The notes under the pieces were generated by a model that worked only from the letters and a program-made list of their open reading frames with translations, was not told where the DNA came from and did not search any database. Below, piece by piece: positions 15,900 through 29,334 of a DNA stretch of 64,000 nucleotides (positions are counted from its first letter, which is position 1; each line of letters opens with the position of its first letter). This stretch comes from Escherichia coli (GTDB taxonomy: Bacteria > Pseudomonadota > Gammaproteobacteria > Enterobacterales > Enterobacteriaceae): assembly GCF_003334785.1 (NCBI RefSeq), contig NZ_QOWV01000015.1; one strand, given 5' to 3'. The translations under genes were made by a program, and so were the position numbers.

Positions 15900-16685
15900 T
15901 TAGCTGGCCTGCTTTTTCATCATACTGAGAATAAATAACAGTGCCGCACATAGCACCACCGACGGACCCGCCGGCGTATCGTAAACCGCGGAAAAGGTTA
16001 AACCGCCAGTCACTGCCACCATCCCCACCAAAACAGCGACACCAGCCATCTGTTCCGGCGTGCGGGCAAAGCGACGCGCAGTAGCAGCAGGAATAATCAG
16101 CAACGAAGTAATAATCAACGCACCGACAAATTTCATCGCTACACCAATCGTCAATGCCGTCACCAGCATCAACAACAATTTCACTCGCTGTAATTTCACA
16201 CCATCAACAAACGCCAGATCCGGGCTTATCGTCATTGACAGCAAATTGCGCCATTGCCAGAACAAAATAGCCACCACGATGACCACGCCAATCGCAATAG
16301 AGATGAGATCTTCTGGCGTCACTGCCAGCAAATCACCGAACAGGTAAGCCATCAAATCAACACGAATATTAGACATCAGACTCACGACCACCAGGCCCAG
16401 CGACAGGGCACTGTGCGCCATAATCCCTAATAACGTGTCGATCGCCAGCTGTGGACGCTTCTCCAGCCATACCAGACCGCCCGCCAGCAGCAGCGTAACG
16501 GCAATCACCGCATAGAATGGATTCACGTCCAGCAACAAACCAAACGCGACGCCAAGTAATGAGGCATGAGCCAGCGTATCACCGAAATAAGACATACGAC
16601 GCCAGACTACAAACGAACCCAGCGGACCCGCGGCACAGGCGAGCATGATCCCGGCTAACCAACCGGGAAATAATAATTCAATCAT
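15900..16685 (-). CDS. znuB: zinc ABC transporter permease ZnuB
   Basis: 261-aa hydrophobic ORF; 4-bp overlap with znuC. Confidence 0.9.
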
Positions 16686-17437
16686 GAGCGATCATTTCCC
16701 CGACGCAAAACAATTCGTCCCTGTAAATCGTGACGATGGTTATGATGATGGCGATAGATACCCAGTTGTTCAGCACCACGAGGACCAAACATTGAAATAA
16801 ACTCCGGATGCAGGGAAACAACTTCCGGTGTGCCGGAACAACAAATGTGGTGATTCAGGCACAGCACTTCATCGGTTTTTGCCATCACCAGATGCAGATC
16901 GTGAGAAACCATTAAAACGCCACAATCCAGTTCACGACGCAGTTGGTCAATAAGGTCATATAACGCCACCTGGCCATTTACATCCACGCCTTGAGTGGGT
17001 TCATCCAGCACTAATAATTGCGGGCGATTTAACAATGCTCGCGCTAATAGTACACGCTGCGTTTCGCCACCAGAGAGCTTTTGCATCGGTGCGTTAATCA
17101 GGTGCCCGGCCTGGACACGTTTCAGTGCAGGCAAAATATCTTCTTTATGTGTACCAGGGCGTAAGCGTAAAAAACGGTTTACGGTCAGTGGCAACGTGGT
17201 GTCGAGATACAGCTTCTGCGGTACATAGCCGATGCGCAGTTTTCCGTTGCGCTTGATAACCCCTTCATCGGGTGTTACCAGCCCGAGCACTATCCGTACC
17301 AGTGTCGACTTACCTGCGCCATTTGGCCCAAGTAAAGTCAAAATTTTTCCAGGTTTAAGTTCCAGCGACACATCAGAGAGGACGCGGCGTTGGCCAAAAG
17401 AAACCGAGACATTTTCCAGGGAAACCAGACTTGTCAT
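16682..17437 (-). CDS. znuC: zinc ABC transporter ATP-binding protein ZnuC
   Basis: 251-aa ORF with Walker [10 protein letters not shown] and ABC signature LSGGETQR. Confidence 0.9.
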
Positions 17438-17462
17438 GTTAATTTTAGTCTTGCAGTAGTCA

Positions 17463-17486
17463 TGAAATGTTATAATATCACACTTC
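17463..17486. promoter_or_regulatory. Zur operator in divergent znuA/znuCB promoter region
   Basis: tgaaatgttataatatcacacttc, AT-rich near-palindrome centred in the 78-bp divergent intergenic region. Confidence 0.65.
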
Positions 17487-17515
17487 TCATATTCATTACG
17501 ATGATTGGTCGCATT

Positions 17516-18448
17516 ATGTTACATAAAAAAACGCTTCTTTTCGCAGCATTATCCGCCGCTCTCTGGGGAGGTGCAACACAGGCCGCAGATGCCGCCGTTG
17601 TCGCTTCGCTTAAACCCGTTGGGTTCATCGCTTCTGCCATTGCTGATGGTGTAACAGAAACGGAGGTTTTACTGCCTGACGGCGCTTCTGAACATGATTA
17701 TTCACTGCGTCCATCGGATGTAAAACGCTTACAGAACGCGGACTTAGTCGTTTGGGTTGGCCCGGAGATGGAAGCGTTTATGCAAAAACCGGTAAGCAAA
17801 TTACCAGAAGCGAAGCAGGTAACGATTGCGCAGCTTGAAGATGTGAAACCGCTACTGATGAAAAGTATTCACGGCGATGATGATGATCACGACCACGCGG
17901 AAAAAAGTGACGAAGATCACCATCACGGCGATTTCAACATGCATCTTTGGCTTTCCCCAGAGATAGCGCGGGCTACAGCGGTTGCAATCCATGGAAAATT
18001 AGTGGAACTTATGCCGCAAAGTCGAGCCAAACTTGACGCCAACCTGAAGGATTTTGAGGCACAATTAGCCTCAACCGAAACGCAGGTTGGTAACGAGCTC
18101 GCGCCGCTCAAGGGGAAAGGTTATTTCGTTTTTCACGATGCTTACGGCTATTTCGAAAAACAGTTTGGACTGACACCGCTTGGTCATTTTACCGTTAACC
18201 CTGAGATTCAACCTGGCGCGCAGCGTTTACATGAAATAAGAACACAGTTGGTTGAGCAAAAAGCAACCTGCGTTTTTGCTGAGCCACAGTTCAGGCCAGC
18301 GGTCGTTGAGAGCGTCGCACGAGGGACATCCGTTCGTATGGGAACGTTGGATCCCCTGGGGACGAATATCAAACTGGGTAAAACAAGCTATTCAGAATTC
18401 CTGAGTCAATTAGCCAACCAGTATGCGAGCTGCCTGAAAGGAGATTAA
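17516..18448 (+). CDS. znuA: zinc ABC transporter periplasmic binding protein ZnuA
   Basis: Trimmed to [23 protein letters not shown] (signal peptide); His/Asp-rich loop [21 protein letters not shown]; 310 aa. Confidence 0.9.
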   Translation: MLHKKTLLFAALSAALWGGATQAADAAVVASLKPVGFIASAIADGVTETEVLLPDGASEHDYSLRPSDVKRLQNADLVVWVGPEMEAFMQKPVSKLPEAKQVTIAQLEDVKPLLMKSIHGDDDDHDHAEKSDEDHHHGDFNMHLWLSPEIARATAVAIHGKLVELMPQSRAKLDANLKDFEAQLASTETQVGNELAPLKGKGYFVFHDAYGYFEKQFGLTPLGHFTVNPEIQPGAQRLHEIRTQLVEQKATCVFAEPQFRPAVVESVARGTSVRMGTLDPLGTNIKLGKTSYSEFLSQLANQYASCLKGD

Positions 18449-18463
18449 TGAGGAAGTGATTAC

Positions 18464-19786
18464 GTGCAACAGATAGCCCGCTCTGTCGCCCTGGCGTTTA
18501 ATAATTTACCGCGACCACACCGCGTTATGTTGGGGTCGCTCACCGTTCTTACTCTGGCCGTCGCTGTCTGGCGGCCTTATGTTTATCACCGTGATGCCAC
18601 GCCAATTGTCAAAACCATTGAGCTGGAACAGAACGAAATTCGTTCGCTCTTACCTGAAGCCAGTGAGCCGATTGATCAAGCTGCACAAGAAGATGAAGCC
18701 ATTCCCCAGGACGAACTGGATGACAAAATCGCCGGTGAAGCGGGCGTGCATGAATATGTTGTTTCCACTGGCGATACGCTAAGCAGCATTCTCAATCAGT
18801 ATGGTATTGATATGGGTGATATCACCCAACTGGCTGCGGCCGACAAAGAATTGCGTAACCTGAAAATCGGTCAACAACTCTCCTGGACATTAACCGCGGA
18901 CGGCGAACTGCAGCGCCTCACCTGGGAAGTGTCTCGTCGTGAAACCCGAACCTATGACCGTACTGCCGCTAACGGTTTTAAAATGACCAGCGAAATGCAG
19001 CAAGGAGAGTGGGTTAACAATCTGCTGAAAGGTACCGTCGGGGGAAGCTTTGTTGCCAGCGCCAGAAACGCCGGTTTAACCAGCGCCGAAGTGAGCGCAG
19101 TGATTAAAGCCATGCAGTGGCAAATGGATTTCCGCAAACTGAAAAAAGGCGATGAATTTGCGGTGTTAATGTCTCGAGAAATGCTTGATGGTAAACGTGA
19201 GCAAAGCCAGCTGCTGGGCGTACGTTTGCGTTCAGAAGGTAAAGATTATTACGCTATCCGCGCTGAAGATGGCAAATTCTACGATCGTAACGGTACTGGT
19301 CTGGCGAAAGGATTCTTGCGATTCCCGACGGCGAAACAGTTCCGTATCTCGTCTAACTTTAACCCGCGTCGTACTAATCCGGTGACCGGTCGCGTTGCAC
19401 CACACAGAGGTGTTGATTTCGCCATGCCGCAGGGTACGCCAGTGCTTTCAGTGGGTGACGGTGAAGTGGTGGTTGCCAAACGCAGTGGCGCAGCAGGTTA
19501 TTATGTGGCTATTCGTCATGGTCGCAGCTACACCACGCGTTATATGCACTTGCGCAAGATTCTGGTGAAACCGGGACAGAAGGTGAAACGTGGCGACCGT
19601 ATCGCGCTTTCCGGTAATACCGGACGTTCAACCGGGCCGCATCTGCACTATGAAGTATGGATAAACCAGCAGGCCGTAAACCCGCTGACGGCAAAACTGC
19701 CGCGTACCGAAGGGCTGACCGGCTCCGATCGTCGCGAATTCCTGGCGCAGGCCAAAGAGATTGTGCCGCAGCTACGGTTTGATTAA
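18464..19786 (+). CDS. mepM: murein DD-endopeptidase MepM (LysM + M23 peptidase)
   Basis: 440-aa ORF (GTG start); M23 motifs HRGVDFA and [15 protein letters not shown]. Confidence 0.9.
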
Positions 19787-19803
19787 TTAACATCCATTCG
19801 CAG

Positions 19804-19833
19804 CCGGTACGCAGTCAGTACCGGCTTTTTTTA
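19804..19833 (+). terminator. intrinsic terminator after mepM
   Basis: ccggtacgcagtcagtaccgg hairpin plus T-run. Confidence 0.7.
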
Positions 19834-19905
19834 TTTGGTGCGGGGCAAGTTGCGCCGCTACACTATCACCAGATTGATTTTTGCCTTATCCGAAACTGGA
19901 AAAGC

Positions 19906-20877
19906 ATGGAAACGAAAAAAAATAATAGCGAATACATTCCTGAGTTTGATAAATCCTTTCGCCACCCGCGCTACTGGGGAGCATGGCTGGGCGTAGCAGC
20001 GATGGCGGGTATCGCTTTAACGCCGCCAAAGTTCCGTGATCCCATTCTGGCACGGCTGGGACGTTTTGCCGGACGACTGGGAAAAAGCTCACGCCGTCGT
20101 GCGTTAATCAATCTGTCGCTCTGCTTTCCAGAACGTAGTGAAGCTGAACGCGAAGCGATTGTTGATGAGATGTTTGCCACCGCGCCGCAAGCGATGGCAA
20201 TGATGGCTGAGTTGGCAATACGCGGGCCGGAGAAAATTCAGCCGCGCGTTGACTGGCAAGGGCTGGAGATCATCGAAGAGATGCGGCGTAATAACGAGAA
20301 AGTTATCTTTCTGGTGCCGCACGGTTGGGCCGTCGATATTCCTGCCATGCTGATGGCCTCGCAAGGGCAGAAAATGGCAGCGATGTTCCATAATCAGGGC
20401 AACCCGGTTTTTGATTATGTCTGGAACACGGTGCGTCGTCGCTTTGGCGGTCGTCTGCATGCGAGAAATGACGGTATTAAACCATTCATCCAGTCGGTAC
20501 GTCAGGGGTACTGGGGATATTATTTACCCGATCAGGATCATGGCCCAGAGCACAGCGAATTTGTGGATTTCTTTGCCACCTATAAAGCGACGTTGCCCGC
20601 GATTGGTCGTTTGATGAAAGTGTGCCGTGCGCGCGTTGTACCGCTGTTTCCGATTTATGATGGCAAGACGCATCGTCTGACGATTCAGGTGCGCCCACCG
20701 ATGGATGATCTGTTAGAGGCGGATGATCATACGATTGCGCGGCGGATGAATGAAGAAGTCGAGATTTTTGTTGGTCCGCGACCAGAACAATACACCTGGA
20801 TACTAAAATTGCTGAAAACTCGCAAACCGGGCGAAATCCAGCCGTATAAGCGCAAAGATCTTTATCCCATCAAATAA
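19906..20877 (+). CDS. lpxM: lipid A myristoyltransferase LpxM (MsbB)
   Basis: 323-aa [30 protein letters not shown]... Confidence 0.9.
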
Positions 20878-20903
20878 AAAAGCCTCTCGCGAGGAGAGGC
20901 CTT
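20875..20903 (-). terminator. hairpin terminator between lpxM and pykA (T-run on minus strand, so pykA)
   Basis: aaaaaagcctctcgcgaggagaggc: A-run on plus strand = T-run after hairpin on minus. Confidence 0.5.
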
Positions 20904-20958
20904 CGCCTGATGATAAGTTCAAGTTTGCTTCAGAATATTCGAAATCTGTTGAACTATC

Positions 20959-20995
20959 ATTGAACTGTAGGCCGGATGTGGCGTTTTCGCCGCAT
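20959..20995. repeat. REP element
   Basis: gtaggccggatgtggcgttttcgccgcatccggcaacg. Confidence 0.7.
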
Positions 20996-21007
20996 CCGGC
21001 AACGTAC

Positions 21008-22450
21008 TTACTCTACCGTTAAAATACGCGTGGTATTAGTAGAACCCACGGTACTCATCACGTCGCCCTGGGTGACAATCACCAGGTCACCAGACATCAA
21101 GTAACCTTTATCGCGCAGCAGATTAACCGCTTCGCTGGCAGCTGCTACGCCGTCATTAGCGCTATCAAAGTGCACCGGCGTAACGCCACGATAGAGAGCA
21201 GTCAGGTTCAGCGTACGTTCATGGCGCGACATGGCGAAAATTGGCAGACCAGAGCTGATACGGGAGGTCATCAGCGCGGTACGACCCGATTCGGTCATGG
21301 TGATGATCGCCGTAACGCCTTTCAGGTGGTTAGCTGCGTACATTGCTGACATGGCAATAGCTTCTTCCACATTGTCGAACTGAACGTCCAGACGGTGTTT
21401 AGAAACGTTGATGCTCGGGATTTTTTCCGCACCCAGGCAAACGCGCGCCATGGCTGCAACGGTTTCTGACGGATACTGCCCAGCGGCAGTTTCTGCAGAC
21501 AGCATCACAGCGTCAGTACCATCCAGAACGGCGTTTGCTACGTCCATGACTTCTGCACGCGTCGGCATCGGGTTAGTAATCATTGACTCCATCATCTGGG
21601 TCGCCGTGATTACCGCTCGGTTTAGCTGACGCGCACGACGGATCAACGCTTTCTGAATGCCGACCAGTTCCGGGTCGCCAATTTCCACACCGAGGTCGCC
21701 ACGTGCAACCATTACCACGTCAGAGGCGAGGATGATGTCATCCATTGCATCCTGGCTGCAAACGGCTTCCGCACGTTCAACCTTGGCAACAATTTTCGCA
21801 TCACATCCTGCATCGCGTGCCAGGCGACGGGCATAGTTCAGATCTTCGCCACAGCGTGGGAAGGAGACAGCCAGGTAATCTACGCCAATCAACGCCGCAG
21901 TCTTAATGTCTGCTTTGTCTTTTTCGGTCAGCGCTTCAGCCGACAAACCGCCGCCAAGTTTGTTGATACCTTTATTGTTGGAGAGGGGACCACCGACGGT
22001 GACTTCGGTGAACACTTTCATGCCCTGAACTTCCAGTACTTTTAACTGGACGCGACCATCGTCCAGCAGCAGGATGTCACCAGGCACGACGTCAGCAGGC
22101 AGGCCTTTGTAGTCGATACCGACTTTTTCTTTGTCGCCTTCACCTTTACCCAGGTTGGCGTCGAGCAGGAATTTATCCCCAATATTGAGGAAAACTTTGC
22201 CTTCTTTAAAGGTGGATACACGGATTTTGGGCCCCTGGAGGTCACCCAGAATAGCCACATGACGCCCCAGTTTTGCGGCAATCTCACGAACTTTATCCGC
22301 GCGCATTTTGTGATCTTCAGGCGAGCCGTGAGAAAAGTTCATACGTACAACGTTGGCACCCGCCGCGATAACTTTTTCAAGATTATTATCGCGATCTGTT
22401 GCTGGGCCTAACGTGGTAACGATTTTTGTTCTGCGAAGCCTTCTGGACAT
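21008..22450 (-). CDS. pykA: pyruvate kinase II
   Basis: Track ORF 21008-22591 is an upstream extension; true start [19 protein letters not shown] gives 480 aa. Confidence 0.95.
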
Positions 22451-22577
22451 GTAATACTCCGTTGACTGAAACAACCAGGTGTTGCTTGAACATGAAATCC
22501 GAATGAAATAACGCCGCGATGGCGATAAATTAATCTCATTCGGATGTCGTATAAGATTAGGACAGTGACAGTCGTTT

Positions 22578-23447
22578 TTAGCGATCGTCACTTAAATTAA
22601 GTAACTGCTTATCAAAACGCGATTCCTTCAGCGCTTCCTTGACCCGCTTCAAGTTATCTCTGAATTTTGCACCGCGTCGCAAAGTAAATCCTGTCGCCAG
22701 CACATCTATCACGGTCAGCTGTGCAAGTCGAGAAACCATGGGCATATAAATGTCAGTATCTTCCGGTACGTCGAGGGTAATTGCCAGCGTTGCTTCCCGG
22801 GCGAGCGGGGTACCCGCAGAGGTGAGGGCAATCACCATTGCGTCGTTTTCGCGAGCCAGCTGCGCCAGCTCGACCAGATTTTTTGTTCTTCCAGTGTGAG
22901 AAATCAGCACCACCACGTCTCCGTCGCTACAATTCATACAACTCATGCGTTGCAGCACAATATCATCGGAGTACACCACCGGAACATTAAAACGAAAGAA
23001 CTTATTCATCGCATCGTGGGCAACGGCGGCTGAAGAGCCTAATCCGAAAAAGGCGATTTTTTTTGCCTGAGTGAGCAAGTCGACGGCGCGGTTGATGGCA
23101 GATTTATCCAGTGAATGACGGACATGATCGAGCGTTGCCATTGCGGACTCAAATATTTTCCCTGTGTATGATTCAACGCTGTCATCTTCATTGACGTTGC
23201 GATTAACATAGGGAGTGCCATTCGCCAGACTCTGTGCCAGATGAAGTTTAAAATCAGGAAAACCGCGCGTGTCCATGCTGCGACAGAAACGATTCACCGT
23301 CGGTTCGCTAACATTGGCTTCCAGTGCCATAGCAGCAATACTCGAATGGATCGCGTTATCGGGCGAAGCCAGAATGACCTCGGCAACTTTGCGCTCTGAT
23401 TTGCTCAAATGTTCCAGCTGAGACTGGATTTTTTCCAGCATATTCAT
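22578..23447 (-). CDS. hexR: HexR, RpiR-family regulator of central carbon metabolism (HTH + SIS domain)
   Basis: 289-aa [29 protein letters not shown]...; divergent from zwf. Confidence 0.9.
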
Positions 23448-23784
23448 GATGTAAAGAGACTCACGGGTAATGACGATTTCCGCACTGAAAGAAATCGAAA
23501 TGCAGTTTTGTCAGATATTACGCCTGTGTGCCGTGTTAATGACAAAAGCAGATAAAAAAGTTGTTATTTTTTTTCATAACATGATCAGTGTCAGATTTTT
23601 ACCGAATGGAAAACGATGATTTTTTTATCAGTTTTGCCGCACTTTGCGCGCTTTTCCCGTAATCGCACGGGTGGATAAGCGTTTACAGTTTTCGCAAGCT
23701 CGTAAAAGCAGTACAGTGCACCGTAAGAAAATTACAAGTATACCCTGGCTTAAGTACCGGGTTAGTTAACTTAAGGAGAATGAC

Positions 23785-25260
23785 ATGGCGGTAACGCAAA
23801 CAGCCCAGGCCTGTGACCTGGTCATTTTCGGCGCGAAAGGCGACCTTGCGCGTCGTAAATTGCTGCCTTCCCTGTATCAACTGGAAAAAGCCGGTCAGCT
23901 CAACCCGGACACCCGGATTATCGGCGTAGGGCGTGCTGACTGGGATAAAGCGGCGTATACCAAAGTTGTCCGCGAGGCGCTCGAAACTTTCATGAAAGAA
24001 ACCATTGATGAAGGTTTATGGGACACCCTGAGTGCACGTCTGGATTTTTGTAATCTCGATGTCAATGACACTGCTGCATTCAACCGTCTCGGCGCGATGC
24101 TGGATCAAAAAAATCGTATCACCATTAACTACTTTGCCATGCCGCCCAGTACTTTTGGCGCAATTTGCAAAGGGCTTGGCGAGGCAAAACTGAATGCTAA
24201 ACCGGCACGCGTAGTCATGGAGAAACCGCTGGGGACGTCGCTGGCGACCTCGCAGGAAATCAATGATCAGGTTGGCGAATACTTCGAGGAGTGCCAGGTT
24301 TACCGTATCGACCACTATCTTGGTAAAGAAACGGTGCTGAACCTGTTGGCGCTGCGTTTTGCTAACTCCCTGTTTGTGAATAACTGGGACAATCGCACCA
24401 TTGATCATGTTGAGATTACCGTGGCAGAAGAAGTGGGGATCGAAGGGCGCTGGGGCTATTTTGATAAAGCCGGTCAGATGCGCGATATGATCCAAAACCA
24501 CCTGCTGCAAATTCTCTGCATGATTGCGATGTCTCCGCCATCTGACCTGAGCGCAGACAGCATCCGCGATGAAAAAGTGAAAGTACTGAAGTCCCTGCGC
24601 CGCATCGACCGCTCCAACGTACGCGAAAAAACCGTACGTGGGCAATATACTGCGGGCTTCGCCCAGGGCAAAAAAGTGCCGGGATATCTGGAAGAAGAGG
24701 GCGCGAACAAGAGCAGCAATACAGAAACCTTCGTGGCGATCCGCGTCGACATTGATAACTGGCGCTGGGCCGGTGTGCCATTCTACCTGCGTACTGGTAA
24801 ACGTCTGCCGACCAAATGTTCTGAAGTCGTGGTCTATTTCAAAACACCTGAACTGAATCTGTTTAAAGAGTCGTGGCAGGATCTGCCGCAGAATAAACTG
24901 ACTATCCGTCTGCAACCTGATGAAGGCGTGGATATCCAGGTACTGAATAAAGTTCCTGGCCTTGACCACAAACATAACCTGCAAATCACCAAGCTGGATC
25001 TGAGCTATTCAGAAACCTTTAATCAGACGCATCTGGCGGATGCCTATGAACGTCTGCTGCTGGAAACCATGCGTGGTATTCAGGCACTGTTTGTACGTCG
25101 TGATGAAGTGGAAGAAGCCTGGAAATGGGTAGACTCCATTACTGAGGCGTGGGCGATGGACAATGATGCGCCGAAACCGTATCAGGCCGGAACCTGGGGA
25201 CCCGTTGCCTCGGTGGCGATGATTACCCGTGATGGTCGTTCCTGGAATGAGTTTGAGTAA
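23785..25260 (+). CDS. zwf: glucose-6-phosphate 1-dehydrogenase
   Basis: 491-aa ORF with G6PD signature DHYLGKE. Confidence 0.95.
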   Translation: MAVTQTAQACDLVIFGAKGDLARRKLLPSLYQLEKAGQLNPDTRIIGVGRADWDKAAYTKVVREALETFMKETIDEGLWDTLSARLDFCNLDVNDTAAFNRLGAMLDQKNRITINYFAMPPSTFGAICKGLGEAKLNAKPARVVMEKPLGTSLATSQEINDQVGEYFEECQVYRIDHYLGKETVLNLLALRFANSLFVNNWDNRTIDHVEITVAEEVGIEGRWGYFDKAGQMRDMIQNHLLQILCMIAMSPPSDLSADSIRDEKVKVLKSLRRIDRSNVREKTVRGQYTAGFAQGKKVPGYLEEEGANKSSNTETFVAIRVDIDNWRWAGVPFYLRTGKRLPTKCSEVVVYFKTPELNLFKESWQDLPQNKLTIRLQPDEGVDIQVLNKVPGLDHKHNLQITKLDLSYSETFNQTHLADAYERLLLETMRGIQALFVRRDEVEEAWKWVDSITEAWAMDNDAPKPYQAGTWGPVASVAMITRDGRSWNEFE

Positions 25261-25338
25261 TATCTGCGCTTATCCTTTATGGTTATTTTACCGGTAACAT
25301 GATCTTGCGCAGATTGTAGAACAATTTTTACACTTTCA

Positions 25339-25372
25339 GGCCTCGTGCGGATTCACCCACGAGGCTTTTTTT
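25339..25372 (+). terminator. intrinsic terminator after zwf
   Basis: ggcctcgtgcggattcacccacgaggc hairpin plus T7 run. Confidence 0.7.
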
Positions 25373-25494
25373 ATTACACTGACTGAAACGTTTTTGCCCT
25401 ATGAGCTCCGGTTACAGGCGTTTCACTCATAAATCCTCTGAATGAAACGCGTTGTGAATCATCCTGCTCTGACAACTCAATTTCAGGAGCCTTT

Positions 25495-27306
25495 ATGAAT
25501 CCACAATTGTTACGCGTAACAAATCGAATCATTGAACGTTCTCGCGAGACTCGCTCTGCTTATCTCGGCCGGATAGAACAAGCGAAAACGTCGACCGTTC
25601 ATCGTTCGCAGTTGGCATGCGGTAACCTGGCACACGGTTTCGCTGCCTGCCAGCCAGAAGACAAAGCCTCTTTGAAAAGCATGTTGCGTAACAATATCGC
25701 CATCATCACCTCCTATAACGACATGCTCTCCGCGCACCAGCCTTATGAACACTATCCAGAAATCATTCGTAAAGCCCTGCATGAAGCGAATGCGGTTGGT
25801 CAGGTTGCGGGTGGTGTTCCGGCGATGTGTGATGGTGTCACCCAGGGGCAGGATGGAATGGAATTGTCGCTGTTAAGCCGAGAAGTGATTGCGATGTCTG
25901 CGGCGGTGGGGCTGTCCCATAACATGTTTGATGGTGCTCTGTTCCTCGGTGTATGCGACAAGATTGTCCCAGGTCTGACGATGGCAGCCCTGTCGTTTGG
26001 TCATTTGCCTGCGGTGTTTGTGCCGTCTGGACCGATGGCAAGCGGTTTGCCAAATAAAGAAAAAGTGCGTATTCGCCAGCTTTATGCCGAAGGTAAAGTG
26101 GACCGCATGGCCTTACTGGAGTCAGAGGCCGCGTCTTACCATGCGCCGGGAACATGTACTTTCTACGGTACTGCCAACACCAACCAGATGGTGGTGGAGT
26201 TTATGGGGATGCAGTTGCCAGGCTCTTCTTTTGTTCATCCGGATTCTCCGCTGCGCGATGCTTTGACCGCTGCCGCTGCGCGTCAGGTTACACGCATGAC
26301 CGGTAATGGTAATGAATGGATGCCGATCGGTAAGATGATCGATGAGAAAGTGGTGGTGAACGGTATCGTTGCACTGCTGGCGACCGGTGGTTCCACTAAC
26401 CACACCATGCACCTGGTGGCGATGGCGCGCGCGGCCGGTATTCAGATTAACTGGGATGACTTCTCTGACCTTTCTGATGTTGTACCGCTGATGGCACGTC
26501 TCTACCCGAACGGTCCGGCCGATATTAACCACTTCCAGGCGGCAGGTGGCGTACCGGTTCTGGTGCGTGAACTGCTCAAAGCAGGCCTGCTGCATGAAGA
26601 TGTCAATACGGTGGCAGGCTTTGGTCTGTCTCGTTATACCCTTGAACCATGGCTGAATAATGGTGAACTGGACTGGCGGGAAGGGGCGGAAAAATCACTC
26701 GACAGCAATGTGATCGCTTCCTTCGAACAACCTTTCTCTCATCATGGTGGGACAAAAGTGTTAAGCGGTAACCTGGGCCGTGCGGTTATGAAAACCTCTG
26801 CCGTGCCGGTTGAGAACCAGGTGATTGAAGCGCCAGCGGTTGTTTTTGAAAGCCAGCATGACGTTATGCCGGCCTTTGAAGCGGGTTTGCTGGACCGCGA
26901 TTGTGTCGTTGTTGTCCGTCATCAGGGGCCAAAAGCGAACGGAATGCCAGAATTACATAAACTCATGCCGCCACTTGGTGTATTATTGGACCGGTGTTTC
27001 AAAATTGCGTTAGTTACCGATGGACGACTCTCCGGCGCTTCAGGTAAAGTGCCGTCAGCTATCCACGTAACACCAGAAGCCTACGATGGCGGGCTGCTGG
27101 CAAAAGTGCGCGACGGGGACATCATTCGTGTGAATGGACAGACAGGCGAACTGACGCTGCTGGTAGACGAAGCGGAACTGGCTGCTCGCGAACCGCACAT
27201 TCCTGACCTGAGCGCGTCACGCGTGGGGACAGGACGTGAATTATTCAGCGCCTTGCGTGAAAAACTGTCCGGTGCCGAACAGGGCGCAACCTGTATCACT
27301 TTTTAA
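25495..27306 (+). CDS. edd: phosphogluconate dehydratase (Entner-Doudoroff)
   Basis: 603-aa ILVD/EDD-family ORF. Confidence 0.95.
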   Translation: MNPQLLRVTNRIIERSRETRSAYLGRIEQAKTSTVHRSQLACGNLAHGFAACQPEDKASLKSMLRNNIAIITSYNDMLSAHQPYEHYPEIIRKALHEANAVGQVAGGVPAMCDGVTQGQDGMELSLLSREVIAMSAAVGLSHNMFDGALFLGVCDKIVPGLTMAALSFGHLPAVFVPSGPMASGLPNKEKVRIRQLYAEGKVDRMALLESEAASYHAPGTCTFYGTANTNQMVVEFMGMQLPGSSFVHPDSPLRDALTAAAARQVTRMTGNGNEWMPIGKMIDEKVVVNGIVALLATGGSTNHTMHLVAMARAAGIQINWDDFSDLSDVVPLMARLYPNGPADINHFQAAGGVPVLVRELLKAGLLHEDVNTVAGFGLSRYTLEPWLNNGELDWREGAEKSLDSNVIASFEQPFSHHGGTKVLSGNLGRAVMKTSAVPVENQVIEAPAVVFESQHDVMPAFEAGLLDRDCVVVVRHQGPKANGMPELHKLMPPLGVLLDRCFKIALVTDGRLSGASGKVPSAIHVTPEAYDGGLLAKVRDGDIIRVNGQTGELTLLVDEAELAAREPHIPDLSASRVGTGRELFSALREKLSGAEQGATCITF

Positions 27307-27342
27307 GACGACAAATTTGTAATCAGGCGAGAGAAAACTCTG

Positions 27343-27984
27343 ATGAAAAACTGGAAAACAAGTGCAGAATCAATCCTGACCACCGGCCCGGTTGTACCGG
27401 TTATCGTGGTAAAAAAACTGGAACACGCAGTGCCGATGGCAAAAGCGTTGGTTGCTGGTGGGGTGCGCGTTCTGGAAGTGACTCTGCGTACCGAGTGTGC
27501 AGTTGATGCTATCCGTGCTATCGCCAAAGAAGTGCCTGAAGCGATTGTGGGTGCCGGTACGGTGCTGAATCCACAGCAGCTGGCAGAAGTCACTGAAGTG
27601 GGTGCACAGTTCGCAATTAGCCCGGGTCTGACCGAGCCGCTGCTGAAAGCTGCTACCGAAGGGACTATTCCTCTGATTCCGGGGATCAGCACTGTTTCCG
27701 AACTGATGCTGGGTATGGACTACGGTTTGAAAGAGTTCAAATTCTTCCCGGCTGAAGCTAACGGCGGCGTGAAAGCCCTGCAGGCGATCGCGGGTCCGTT
27801 CTCCCAGGTCCGTTTCTGCCCGACGGGTGGTATTTCTCCGGCTAACTACCGTGACTACCTGGCGCTGAAAAGCGTGCTGTGCATCGGTGGTTCCTGGCTG
27901 GTTCCGGCAGATGCGCTGGAAGCGGGCGATTACGACCGCATTACTAAGCTGGCGCGTGAAGCTGTAGAAGGCGCTAAGCTGTAA
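27343..27984 (+). CDS. eda: KDPG/KHG aldolase
   Basis: 213-aa [26 protein letters not shown]... Confidence 0.95.
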   Translation: MKNWKTSAESILTTGPVVPVIVVKKLEHAVPMAKALVAGGVRVLEVTLRTECAVDAIRAIAKEVPEAIVGAGTVLNPQQLAEVTEVGAQFAISPGLTEPLLKAATEGTIPLIPGISTVSELMLGMDYGLKEFKFFPAEANGGVKALQAIAGPFSQVRFCPTGGISPANYRDYLALKSVLCIGGSWLVPADALEAGDYDRITKLAREAVEGAKL

Positions 27985-27989
27985 AAGTC

Positions 27990-28019
27990 AAAATGCCCGA
28001 TCGAGGATCGGGCATTTTT
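27990..28019. terminator. bidirectional terminator between convergent eda and purT
   Basis: aaaatgcccgatcgaggatcgggcattttt, hairpin flanked by A-run and T-run. Confidence 0.75.
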
Positions 28020-28039
28020 GTAGCGTTTTTTTGCCGGGT

Positions 28040-29218
28040 TTAACCCTGTACTTTTACCTGTCCGGCGGCGTGCTTCGCGCGCTCAATGGCGTCAACAACA
28101 CTCTCAGCGGTCGCCAGCGCAACACCCAGACGACGGTTGCCATCAATTTCCGGCTTACCAAATAAACGAATCTGCAAATCTGCGCCTACGGCATTCTGCA
28201 CATTATCAAACGTGACATTCTGACTGGTCAGTTGTGGCAGAATAACGGCAGAAGCTGCAGGACCATACTGACGGATCCCGCCAACCGGAAGTCCGAGGAA
28301 GGCACGTACATGCAGGGCAAACTCTGAGAGATCTTGAGAAATTAACGTCACCATCCCGGTATCATGTGGACGAGGGGAGACCTCACTGAAAATCACCTCA
28401 TCACCACAGACAAACAGCTCGACACCAAACAGACCATAACCGCCCAGTGCCAGCACCACTTTACGGGCAATCTCCTGCGCACGTTCAAGGGCAAGCGGGC
28501 TCATTTGCTGTGGTTGCCAGGATTCACGGTAGTCGCCATCTTCCTGGCGATGACCTACCGGTGCACAGAAATGGACGCCATCCACCGCGCTGACGGTTAG
28601 CAAGGTAATTTCGAAGTCAAACTTAACGACGCCTTCAACAATTACGCGGCCCGCTCCGGCGCGACCGCCTTGCTGAGCGTACTTCCATGCCTGAGCAAGT
28701 TGCTCTGCAGAACGAATAAACGTCTGCCCCTTGCCGGAAGAGCTCATCACCGGTTTTACAATGCAGGGATAGCCAATGTCAGCAACCGCCTCGCGGAAAA
28801 GGCTTTCGCTATCGGCAAAACGATAAGTGGAAGTGGGCAGCTGCAGCTCTTCTGCCGCCAGGCGACGGATACCCTCGCGATTCATCGTTAATTTCGTTGC
28901 GCGAGCGCAGGGGACAACATTCAGTCCTTCCTCTTCAAGTTGGATCAGCATATCGGTGGCAATAGCTTCGATCTCCGGCACGATATAATGTGGTTTTTCC
29001 AGTTCAACCACACGGCGTAATGCATCACCATCAAGCATATTAATGATATGGGAGCGATGCGCGACATGCATGGCTGGTGCGTCGGCATAGCGATCGACAG
29101 CAATCACCTCTACGCCGAGACGCTGACACTCGATTGCCACTTCTTTACCCAGTTCACCGGAGCCTAATAACATCACGCGAGTTGCTGCCGGACGCAGCGC
29201 AGTGCCTAATAACGTCAT
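28040..29218 (-). CDS. purT: formate-dependent phosphoribosylglycinamide formyltransferase (GAR transformylase 2)
   Basis: 392-aa ATP-grasp [30 protein letters not shown]... Confidence 0.95.
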   Translation of the reverse strand: MTLLGTALRPAATRVMLLGSGELGKEVAIECQRLGVEVIAVDRYADAPAMHVAHRSHIINMLDGDALRRVVELEKPHYIVPEIEAIATDMLIQLEEEGLNVVPCARATKLTMNREGIRRLAAEELQLPTSTYRFADSESLFREAVADIGYPCIVKPVMSSSGKGQTFIRSAEQLAQAWKYAQQGGRAGAGRVIVEGVVKFDFEITLLTVSAVDGVHFCAPVGHRQEDGDYRESWQPQQMSPLALERAQEIARKVVLALGGYGLFGVELFVCGDEVIFSEVSPRPHDTGMVTLISQDLSEFALHVRAFLGLPVGGIRQYGPAASAVILPQLTSQNVTFDNVQNAVGADLQIRLFGKPEIDGNRRLGVALATAESVVDAIERAKHAAGQVKVQG

Positions 29219-29314
29219 AACGAATATCCCCTGATTAATTCCGCGCGCAGTATAAACGAAAACGTTTGCGCGTGTCTTTATTGCTGATGTTGATTTCTCA
29301 ACCGAAAAGAAATA

Positions 29315-29334
29315 TACTGTATAAAATCACAGTT
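29315..29334 (+). promoter_or_regulatory. LexA (SOS) box upstream of yebG
   Basis: TACTGTATAAAATCACAGTT matches CTGT-N8-ACAG consensus about 20 bp upstream of yebG. Confidence 0.8.

Noticed and set aside
22451-22591. N-terminal extension of pykA (527-aa track ORF) overlapping the hexR 3' end
   Set aside because: The extension is an upstream in-frame ATG artefact; pyruvate kinase begins at [11 protein letters not shown] (start 22450). Similar extensions were trimmed for yecM, yecN, yecD, nudB, ruvC, yebB, znuA, yebF, exoX, holE, pphA, yebW, yebV, rsmF, letB, msrC, prc, yebQ, mntP and pdeD.
24016-24984. 322-aa minus-strand ORF antisense to zwf
   Set aside because: Lies entirely inside the well-supported zwf coding sequence; no recognisable protein family, start context or RBS; long antisense ORFs are common opposite GC-balanced genes.
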